This document shows positions 32,118-39,677 of a stretch of 64,000 nucleotides of DNA, piece after piece. This stretch comes from Dehalococcoidia bacterium (GTDB lineage Bacteria > Chloroflexota > Dehalococcoidia > GIF9 > AB-539-J10), in assembly GCA_046497565.1 (NCBI GenBank), contig JAWOFK010000092.1, forward strand, positions 836-64,835, given 5' to 3'. How positions within the stretch are numbered: position 1 is the first letter of the stretch; every line of letters starts with the position of its first letter. A program made the position numbers and the translations under genes. The notes under the pieces are model-generated. The model worked only from the letters and a program-made list of their open reading frames with translations. It did no database searches and was not told where the DNA came from.

Positions 32118-33530
32118 TCAATGGCCTGCGGCCACAGGTATTGACCGGTTTACGTTGGAGACGATGTTCTTCCACTTTCCCATATTACACGAGCGGTCTT
32201 CCAGGGTGGTTACCAGCTCGACACGGATAGATGGGCACGTAGCGCCCAGGGCATACAACTTCTGTGCCAGTTGTTCTTTGACGCTACGAGCTATGTCTCC
32301 ATTCCCTTCCGTGAACACCAGGCGCAGGCAGAGGCCATCGGGTTCATGGACAACCTGGTATTGCCGTATTTCCTCGAAGCTTTCCAGAACGTTCCAGAAG
32401 TGGACGGGATGAACGGCGACCTGGTTTCCTGCTAGACCTTCAAGGTAGAGAACATCGTCGTTTCTCCCGTTGATGGCAAGAATACGCCGGAATGGCTGGC
32501 CACACGGGCATGGCTCCGGGGCAAGTACCATCATGTCAGATATCTCGTAGCGGATGACGGGCTGAGTGAAGCCAACGAGACTGGTGAACAGGATCTTGTG
32601 TCCCAAGCTCCCGTCGGGCACAGGTCGGTTGTCTTCATCCACCACCTCAACGATCCCCAAATCCTCGAAGATATGCATCCCCTGGTCGAGGTTGCACTCC
32701 ATAGCGCGGAGTCCCTCCTGAGTGCCATAGATGTCAAAGACAGAACTCTGCCACACAGCATGGAGTTGTCTTCTCAATTCCATGGTCAGCGGTTCGCCAC
32801 CACCGGCGACAATAGAAGGACTGATATGCAGACGCCCTTGAAGCTGTTCCGTCACAAGCAGTCCAAGCATGGATGGAAACCCTCGAAGTATGTAGGGTTG
32901 CAGGAGATTCAGCCGCTGGACCAACTCTTCGATAGGAGCGGTAGCCGGTAGCACGTGATAACGGTAAAGGCCTATATCCATGCTCAAGGGGAGGCGATAA
33001 CTATCGTGCAGAGGGCTGGGAGAACCAATGGTAACGATCTTGGGGCGTTTCTTTGAGAAAGGAAGCACTCCCATCATGCTCGCGATGCGCATGCTGGCCG
33101 CCTCCTGGGCACTCCATTCCTTTCGATTGAACACTATCACCGTTTTATGCCCGGAGCTGCCCGCCGTGGTAAGCACACGATACTCGCCCAGGTAATACTC
33201 GTCCCCGGAAACGTTGGCCATATGCTCCTGTAGCCGGGCGAGGCGCAAGCGAGGGTCGGTGACGATTTCGTCGAAATGCTCCATGTAGGTCTTCTTGTCC
33301 ATGATAGGGAAGTCCTGCAAACTATAGGGCGGACTCATCCGGTGCGCGCTGCATAAATCGCGGTAGAAGGGGGACTTGCGGGTTGCCCAGTCAAGAAGCC
33401 TGGCTAGCCGGCGCTGCTGTAGTTCTTCAAGCTTGATGCGGGGCCAGAACTCGTGTCTGATCAACGCTTGACGATAAGCGATGGCTCGAGCCAGGTCCTC
33501 CAAGCGACGCAGCCTGTCCGGTTTATCCAT
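32118..33530 (-). CDS. PaaK / coenzyme-F390-synthetase-like adenylate-forming ligase
   Basis: 470 aa. Degenerate AMP-binding P-loop (TTAGSSGHKTVIVF), YGTQEG motif, and a COG1541-like C-terminal domain. Confidence 0.7.
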   Translation of the reverse strand: MDKPDRLRRLEDLARAIAYRQALIRHEFWPRIKLEELQQRRLARLLDWATRKSPFYRDLCSAHRMSPPYSLQDFPIMDKKTYMEHFDEIVTDPRLRLARLQEHMANVSGDEYYLGEYRVLTTAGSSGHKTVIVFNRKEWSAQEAASMRIASMMGVLPFSKKRPKIVTIGSPSPLHDSYRLPLSMDIGLYRYHVLPATAPIEELVQRLNLLQPYILRGFPSMLGLLVTEQLQGRLHISPSIVAGGGEPLTMELRRQLHAVWQSSVFDIYGTQEGLRAMECNLDQGMHIFEDLGIVEVVDEDNRPVPDGSLGHKILFTSLVGFTQPVIRYEISDMMVLAPEPCPCGQPFRRILAINGRNDDVLYLEGLAGNQVAVHPVHFWNVLESFEEIRQYQVVHEPDGLCLRLVFTEGNGDIARSVKEQLAQKLYALGATCPSIRVELVTTLEDRSCNMGKWKNIVSNVNRSIPVAAGH

Positions 33531-33758
33531 ATATCATTACCCTCGAATTACCTTCGGGAACTCTCATTCCGTTCATTGTCCCCTGGTATTCGTTGCTCCT
33601 GTGAACCCGTATCCTCCTAACAAGTACATCGCAATACTAGGTATTGTCCATTATAGACACACCACTAAGGTTTGTCAACCCCATCCAGCTTGTATTACAT
33701 CGGCTGGGGTGATTGTGAATGGCGCCCACGATTGTCTGTGAGGGGTATTGCGCAGCTA

Positions 33759-34685
33759 CTATGCGACGCTCGGCGTGTCTCTGTCCTCTTCTGGAACTTC
33801 CGCGGACCAGTCTTTCTTCTCAGGAGAGCCTGGTAAAGGACTGCCAAAATATACTTTGGTGTGGGGCCAGGGTATTTCTATACCCTCGGCGTCAAAGGCT
33901 TTCTTGAGACGAAGCCTCAACTGCCCCATCACCGCCCACTGCTGCATGGGCTTAACGTCCCCGACAATCTTGATATCTATTCCAGAATCGCCCAGCTTGT
34001 TAACCCTCAGCACCTGGGGAGGTGTCTTGATTACCTGACGCCAGGTGTCATCCGCGGCGAGTTCCTGTCCCACCCGGTTTATCACGCTTATGGCATGGTC
34101 GAGGTCGGCTCCATATGCTACAGGGACATCAAGATTGACCCTGGCAAAGTGCCTGGTAAAGTTGCTGGCTGTCCTGATCTCACCATTGGGTACATGGTGG
34201 ACTATACCGTCCAGGTCACGGAGCACTGTCTTTCTCAGGTGTATTTCCTCCACCAACCCGGTGATATCGGCAACCCTGGCTACGTCACCGACCCTGTACT
34301 GGTTTTCCATTATGATGAAGATGCCGGCGATAAGGTCCCTGATCAGGTACTGGGCGCCGAAGCCGATGGCTATGCCGGCGATGCCGAAGCCGGCCAGGAC
34401 CGGTGTAATGGGCACTCCCACCACATCCAGGACCATCATTATACCGACTATGACAATGAATACCCGCCCCACCCCCTTGAAGACGTATAGGAGGGTATTC
34501 GCCCTTTTCTCCATCCCTTCCTTGCTTTCCTTGTACTTGGTCACATGTACGGCACGGCCTATTATGGGCGGGAGAAATTTGTTGAGGGCAAACCACAGCA
34601 GGACCCCCACAACTATTATGACAAGTATGCGGATGCCAGGGTCAATGAACCAGTTGGCTACGTTGGCCCAACTCAATTCCGGCAT
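33759..34685 (-). CDS. mscS: Small-conductance mechanosensitive channel (MscS family)
   Basis: Three N-terminal TM helices, then the MscS beta-domain signature (FIIMENQYRVGDVARV...G.VEEI.LR.T.LRDLDG...VPNGEI). Confidence 0.9.
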   Translation of the reverse strand: MPELSWANVANWFIDPGIRILVIIVVGVLLWFALNKFLPPIIGRAVHVTKYKESKEGMEKRANTLLYVFKGVGRVFIVIVGIMMVLDVVGVPITPVLAGFGIAGIAIGFGAQYLIRDLIAGIFIIMENQYRVGDVARVADITGLVEEIHLRKTVLRDLDGIVHHVPNGEIRTASNFTRHFARVNLDVPVAYGADLDHAISVINRVGQELAADDTWRQVIKTPPQVLRVNKLGDSGIDIKIVGDVKPMQQWAVMGQLRLRLKKAFDAEGIEIPWPHTKVYFGSPLPGSPEKKDWSAEVPEEDRDTPSVA

Positions 34686-34804
34686 TTGCTACCTCCACTG
34701 CTCGACGCTTTCTGCATTGATTAACTCTGTATTATTCTAAACATAATTGAGCCTGTTGTATAGCTGTACCCTTCGACCGGCTGGAGACTGAATCAGATGC
34801 CTTT

Positions 34805-35395
34805 TCAGCTCTCAATAACCTCTTTGGTGCTGGGGACTCTGTCCAGGATGCGCTCGTCAATACGGGTGGCTGAGTCCAGGGCTCGACCCAGGGCTTTGAA
34901 CAGGGCTTCAGCTTTGTGATGGTCATTGATGCCGCTAAGTACTCTGGCGTGAAGGTTAATCTTAGCTTCGGAGGCAAAAGAGACCAGGAAATGGCGAACC
35001 AGATCGGCATCCATATCACCTATGCTGGCTTCTTCGAAGTCTGCCTCGATTACGCTGTAGACCCTGCCTCCAATATCCACGGCCACCGCTGCCAGAGTTT
35101 CATCCATAGGCACGACGGCATGTGCCATTCGAACAATACCTTGCTTTTCTCCCAGGGCCTGGTTCAGAGCCTTGCCCAGCGAAATAGCCACATCCTCGAC
35201 TACATGGTGCTGGTCGGGACCTGAGGCTGATATTTTCATGTCGAATACCCCGTGTTGAGCCAGCTGGGTAAGTAGATGGTCGAACATTCTCATGCCGGTG
35301 GTGATTTCAAATTGTCCGCTGCCGTCGATGTTTAGCTCCACCTTAATAGCTGTCTCGGCAGTCTCACGGCTAACTGTTGCTTTTCTTTCAGCCAT
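34805..35395 (-). CDS. hisB: Imidazoleglycerol-phosphate dehydratase
   Basis: Start set to the ATG at 35395, with GGGAGG 6 nt upstream. The product (RETAETAIKVELNIDGSG..., HHVVED, GINDHHKAEA) matches IGPD. Confidence 0.9.
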   Translation of the reverse strand: MAERKATVSRETAETAIKVELNIDGSGQFEITTGMRMFDHLLTQLAQHGVFDMKISASGPDQHHVVEDVAISLGKALNQALGEKQGIVRMAHAVVPMDETLAAVAVDIGGRVYSVIEADFEEASIGDMDADLVRHFLVSFASEAKINLHARVLSGINDHHKAEALFKALGRALDSATRIDERILDRVPSTKEVIES

Positions 35396-35419
35396 GTTTA
35401 ACCTCCCAATATTTTGTTT

Positions 35420-35467
35420 CACCCTCACCTTAATCCGCTCCCTCCAAGGGAGAGGAGGATGGTTAGA
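35420..35467. repeat. Family-A palindromic repeat, copy A2 (hisC-hisB spacer)
   Basis: CACCCTCACCTTAATCCGCTCCCTCCAAGGGAGAGGAGGATGGTTAGA. About 80 percent identical to copy A3. Internal CTCC-CTCC/GGAG-a-GGAG stem. Confidence 0.7.
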
Positions 35468-35468
35468 A

Positions 35469-36692
35469 TTATTTTGCCTCCCCTTCGTCACGAGATTGCT
35501 TCCTCTGCGTTTTGCTCAAAGTCGCAATGATAGGTAGTGTCGTAAGTGCTTCGATTAAGGCATCGGTATCCTCGGGTCTACCCACGCTGATTCGCAGGCA
35601 ATCTCTCAGTCTGGGAGTATCGAAATAACGAACGAAAATGCCCTTCTTTCTTAGCTGTTGCCAGATTTCCCCGGCGGGAGATTGCTTTGTCCCGACGGAA
35701 CCGGGACTCGCAATGACAGCAGGTGGGTGCTCACGATGAGAGGGAGCGGAAGGCCCACGACGATGGCTTAGCGAGCAAAGAACAAAATTAGCCTGTGAAG
35801 GGTAAGGTAATAGCCAATCGAGCTCCTTCAGTTTGCCGAATAATCGCTCACGCTCCATGACTATCTTCGTAACATTAGCACGAAGATAGTCTATATCTGC
35901 CAGGGAAGCAAGCACCGCAGCTTGAGCGGCAACACTGGCATTATAGGGCTGCTTAATCTTCATCAGATAGCGGGCAATTTCCAGGGGGAAAATGCCATAG
36001 CCTATTCTTAAACCGGCCAGCCCGGCCCATTTGCTGAAGGTCCGCAAAATTATCAGGTTCGGGTGAGCAGGTACCAGGTTGGCCACAGTTATATTGCTGA
36101 ATTCAAAATAGGCTTCGTCCACGACAACGATTATTCCAGTCCCAACCAGTTCCATGATTTCCTTACCTGTGGTGATGTTGCCTGTGGGATTGTTGGGCGA
36201 GGCGACAAATATGACCTTTGTTTTCCTGCTCAATGCCTCCTTTATGCCGGCCATATCAAGAGCAAAGTCTTCGGTCCTGGGCACATCGACTAACCGGCCT
36301 CCACAAGTATCGGTGCTAAAGGGGTACATGCCGAATGTCGGTGAACAGTTGATAACCTCGTCTCCCGGCTTGAGGAAGAGCCTCAGTATGAGGTCGATAA
36401 GGTCATCGCTGCCCATGCCGCAAACAATGTGTTGACGACTCAGGCCAGTATATTCTTCTAGAGCCTCCCGTAGCTCTCTTTGCTCGGGGTCGGGATAATT
36501 ATGATAATAGGGATAAGTGGCCAAAGCCTGATACACCCTGGGAGAGCAACCATAAGGATTCTCGTTGCCATCGAGCTTCACTACCTTATCAGGAGAAAAC
36601 CCGCCTTGTTGGCCCAGAACCTCTGTAGGCTCGATAGGAGTGTAGCTCTTCATGGTCAAGAGTTCAGGCCTGATGAGTTTCTCGATGTTCAT
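35469..36692 (-). CDS. hisC: Histidinol-phosphate aminotransferase with repeat-derived internal insertion and C-terminal tail
   Basis: Class-II aminotransferase blocks are present (LDGNENPYG, YPDPEQ, NPNNPTG, RTFSKWAGLAGLRIGY). At 407 aa it is about 40 aa longer than usual. The extra segments map onto repeats B2 and B3. Confidence 0.9.
   Translation of the reverse strand: MNIEKLIRPELLTMKSYTPIEPTEVLGQQGGFSPDKVVKLDGNENPYGCSPRVYQALATYPYYHNYPDPEQRELREALEEYTGLSRQHIVCGMGSDDLIDLILRLFLKPGDEVINCSPTFGMYPFSTDTCGGRLVDVPRTEDFALDMAGIKEALSRKTKVIFVASPNNPTGNITTGKEIMELVGTGIIVVVDEAYFEFSNITVANLVPAHPNLIILRTFSKWAGLAGLRIGYGIFPLEIARYLMKIKQPYNASVAAQAAVLASLADIDYLRANVTKIVMERERLFGKLKELDWLLPYPSQANFVLCSLSHRRGPSAPSHREHPPAVIASPGSVGTKQSPAGEIWQQLRKKGIFVRYFDTPRLRDCLRISVGRPEDTDALIEALTTLPIIATLSKTQRKQSRDEGEAK
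35492..35534. repeat. Family-B repeat, copy B3 (encodes the hisC C-terminal tail)
   Basis: GAGATTGCTT...AAAGTCGCAATGATAGG. It shares the ends GAGATTGCTT and TCGCAATGA with B2. Confidence 0.65.
35678..35720. repeat. Family-B palindromic repeat, copy B2 (in frame inside hisC)
   Basis: GAGATTGCTTTGTCCCGACGGAACCGGGACTCGCAATGACAGC. Outer arms ATTGC/GCAAT; inner stem GTCCCG/CGGGAC. Translated as AVIASPGSVGTKQSP. Confidence 0.7.
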
Positions 36693-36846
36693 AACAGAAA
36701 ATCCTAAATTCTAAGCTCTAAATCCTAAACAAATCCAAGTATACAAATTGAAATATCAAAACTTGTTTCGAATTTTGATCATCGGTGCTTTGTATTTGTT
36801 TAGAGTTTGGGATTTCGCGCTTAGTATTTATCACTGTTTTACTCTT
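36693..36846. repeat. Family-C AT-rich MITE-like palindrome, copy C1 (fills the hisD-hisC spacer)
   Basis: Imperfect inverted arms AAATCCTAAACAAATCC... (36720-36747) and ...TTTGTATTTGTTTAGAGTTTGGGATTT (36788-36815). Inner stem ATCAAAA/TTTTGAT. The first 50 nt are about 85 percent identical to C3. Confidence 0.7.
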
Positions 36847-38172
36847 TTACGTTCGTCTATAATTCCTGATTTCTATTGCCCGGGCGTGGGCGTCGAGCCC
36901 TTCAGCTTGGGCTATCTCGATGGCAGCCTGGCCCAGTTCTTGCATGGCAGGCTTATCAAGCGCGATGATATTGCTAATTTTGAGGAAGTCGGTCACACCC
37001 AGAGGAGAACTGAAACGAGCACTGCCGCCAGTGGGCAATACGTGGCTGGGACCGGCAACGTAATCACCGAGAGCAACAGGCGAATTCTCACCTATGAAGA
37101 TACAGCCGGCATTGCGAACTTCGGATAATAAAGCCAAGCCGTCCGATGCCATAATGGAGAGGTGCTCCGGAGCAAAAAGGTTGACCAGCTTGATTGCCTG
37201 CGTCATGTTGTCGACCAGCACAAGCATCCCCGCCTCAACAGCCGTTTCGGTGATAGAGGTTCGCTTCAGTTTTCTCAGTTGCATCTCAGTTTCTTTGTCT
37301 ACCCGGTCTGCCAGGTCAGCCGAAGTGGTGATGAGAATTGCCGAAGCCAGAGGGTCATGTTCCGCCTGGGCCAGCAGGTCGGCAGCACAAAGGGCAGGGT
37401 TGGCTTTCTCGTCGGCTACGATTATTATCTCGCTGGGACCTTCGAGACCATCGATATCCACTGTGCCATACACCATCTTCTTGGCCAGAGTCACGAAAAT
37501 GTTCCCCGGACCGCAAATTTTGTCCACTCCGGGTATCGATTCAGTACCATAAGCCAATGCAGCAATAGCCTGAGCGCCGCCAATCCTGAAGATGCGGTTG
37601 ACCCCGGCGATGTCAGCGGCTACTAACGTGGGCGCAGGAAGCCTGCCATCCTTACCGGGCGGTGAAACCATGATGACTTCCTCAACACCAGCCACTTTGG
37701 CCGGTATGGCCATCATCAAAACTGAGGATGGATAGGCAGCGCTGCCGCCGGGGACATACAGCCCCACCCTGACTAAGGGACGGACCTGCCGGCTGAGGTG
37801 CTTGTCGATAGGAAATACGCCGGTTTCATGTCCGCAGGCAAGATGGAAGTCCCGTATCCTTCTGGCCGCAAATTCGAGGGCCGAGATGACCTTCTTATCT
37901 ACTATGTCATAGGCGGCAGCAATTTCCTGTCTATACACTTCCAGGGAATCCAGTCGCACTCCATCCAGTTTTTCAGTGTAATCGAAGAGGGCTTTATCGC
38001 CTTTGTCCCGAACCTCACCGATGATACGGTTGACCACTTCTTGAACTGAAAGCTCCTGGCCAAAGGCTTGCTTTATCCGGGTTGCCAGCCCCGGTGGGAT
38101 AGTGAAATCTTCCCAGAAGTCCTTTCTGGTCAGTAATTGGCTGGCTTCATTGAATCCCTTGACTCTTTTCAC
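36847..38172 (-). CDS. hisD: Histidinol dehydrogenase
   Basis: 441 aa with HisD blocks (YVPGG.AAYPSSVLM, GGAQAIAALAYGT, CGPGN, QAEHD, HVLPTGG.ARF). GTG start 7 nt after GGTGAGG. Confidence 0.9.
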   Translation of the reverse strand: MKRVKGFNEASQLLTRKDFWEDFTIPPGLATRIKQAFGQELSVQEVVNRIIGEVRDKGDKALFDYTEKLDGVRLDSLEVYRQEIAAAYDIVDKKVISALEFAARRIRDFHLACGHETGVFPIDKHLSRQVRPLVRVGLYVPGGSAAYPSSVLMMAIPAKVAGVEEVIMVSPPGKDGRLPAPTLVAADIAGVNRIFRIGGAQAIAALAYGTESIPGVDKICGPGNIFVTLAKKMVYGTVDIDGLEGPSEIIIVADEKANPALCAADLLAQAEHDPLASAILITTSADLADRVDKETEMQLRKLKRTSITETAVEAGMLVLVDNMTQAIKLVNLFAPEHLSIMASDGLALLSEVRNAGCIFIGENSPVALGDYVAGPSHVLPTGGSARFSSPLGVTDFLKISNIIALDKPAMQELGQAAIEIAQAEGLDAHARAIEIRNYRRT

Positions 38173-38176
38173 GTTT

Positions 38177-38225
38177 CATCCTCACCTTAACCCTCTCCCA
38201 TCAAGGAAGAGGGGACAATGGTTAT
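38177..38225. repeat. Family-A palindromic repeat, copy A3 (hisG-hisD spacer)
   Basis: CATCCTCACCTTAACCCTCTCCCATCAAGGAAGAGGGGACAATGGTTAT. Inner stem CCCTCT/AGAGGG. One arm supplies the hisD SD. Confidence 0.7.
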
Positions 38226-38237
38226 TGCTGACAGCCC

Positions 38238-39677
38238 TCACGATAGCCCCGCTCGCAACTGCTGTGTGAGGGACTTGATTTTCTCTTTCTTGGGAGGCGC
38301 TCCAATTGCATCGGAGTTCGCAATCACACAAGCCGAAGACTGGAAGAGCACATCGATGATGTTCAATTTGTGCTGCTCGATAGTCTTCCCTGTCTGGACA
38401 TTATCAATGAGTATATCGGCATCCTCGGGCAAGAAAGCCTCGCTCGCCCCCCAGGTTGGAATTAGCTTGTATGGGCTGATGTGATTGTCACGAAGATACT
38501 TATCGGCAATATTTGTGTACTCCGAGGCTACCTTTAGAGGAGTTCCGGTTGCATCGAGATTGCCCTGAACAAGCGCCCTCAACTCGTCAACATTGGCCAC
38601 GGGCATTTTCTGGCTGCCGGCAGCGACGATTTTGACGGTACCAAAGCCGAGAGAAAACAATTTCTTCACCGGACTCGAAGGGAAGCGGCAGAGGTGTTCC
38701 CGCAGCCAGTCCTCACCGGTAATGGCTAAGTCAAAATTACTGTTAGCTACCTGGAGAGGCATATCCTGGGGTCTAATTACCTTGATACCAAGCCAGTCCA
38801 AATCGGCGCAGGGGCGGCGGTCCAGTGCCTCTTCGGAATACCCCTGAAGGTTTAGTCCGGCTCGCTTCAAAAACTGCGCAGTAGGCGCCTGCTGGTGACC
38901 GTCAGGCAAAGCCAGGTTGATTTCCTTTGCCTGCCAAGCAGGGCAAGCAGTTTGTGCTTTCTCAAAGGCATCAAATCTATTTTCTGTCGCTGCCTGCGGC
39001 CCGGCGGTAAGCCTGGAGCTGAAGCAGGCTAATATCTGGCTCAAATCCTTGTGCTCGAGGCTCCCTCGATTAGCTATCAGAAAAGCGGTGACAGGGAGCA
39101 ACTGTGTGAGGGGAAATAAGCCTTGAGCAGCTATATCCGCTGCACTTTCGCCCCAAAGCACCGCCAGGTCAGCATTTTCCGGGGGATAAGCTTCAGCAGC
39201 TCCCCACACGGGGAAAATCCTGAATCTTCTCATTCTAATATTCAGGGCAAAAGCCTCAGTTAGATTGGGATACTCACTCACTATACGATAATCGTTTCCC
39301 ATGGCTGATAACTCATCTAAATTACCTGCCCGCGCTCTAGTACCGGCAACCACATGTATACCGCCTTCGCCGTAGTTCAGACTCGATATTGTCAGCAGGG
39401 CACCCGCCGGATATTTCACCAGGTATTCTTGAATCCAATCCAGACCACAAATACCCAGGTCGTAATTCCCAACAGCCACCTGTATGGGAATGTCTTTTTC
39501 CTGAAATATTTTGGCCGAAAGATTGGGAAACCTTGCCGAGCGAAGGCGATATTGTCTTCTCTTATCGCCGTAGTCCTCAAGTCCCAGGTCTATTTCAGCA
39601 AGCAAGTTAGCTGTGGGCGATAGTAGCCTGCCTTTAGGGAGGGCGAGCTTAACGTAGCCAGCCTGGCAATCTTTCAT
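38238..39677 (-). CDS. hisG: ATP phosphoribosyltransferase, tandem-duplicated (two HisG catalytic-type modules in one 479-aa chain)
   Basis: Both halves align to each other and to the HisG pattern (LALPKGRL.../LALPDGHQ..., DLGICGLDW/DLAITGEDW). Only the C-terminal half keeps the PRPP-loop motif DNVQTGKT. Confidence 0.85.
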   Translation of the reverse strand: MKDCQAGYVKLALPKGRLLSPTANLLAEIDLGLEDYGDKRRQYRLRSARFPNLSAKIFQEKDIPIQVAVGNYDLGICGLDWIQEYLVKYPAGALLTISSLNYGEGGIHVVAGTRARAGNLDELSAMGNDYRIVSEYPNLTEAFALNIRMRRFRIFPVWGAAEAYPPENADLAVLWGESAADIAAQGLFPLTQLLPVTAFLIANRGSLEHKDLSQILACFSSRLTAGPQAATENRFDAFEKAQTACPAWQAKEINLALPDGHQQAPTAQFLKRAGLNLQGYSEEALDRRPCADLDWLGIKVIRPQDMPLQVANSNFDLAITGEDWLREHLCRFPSSPVKKLFSLGFGTVKIVAAGSQKMPVANVDELRALVQGNLDATGTPLKVASEYTNIADKYLRDNHISPYKLIPTWGASEAFLPEDADILIDNVQTGKTIEQHKLNIIDVLFQSSACVIANSDAIGAPPKKEKIKSLTQQLRAGLS

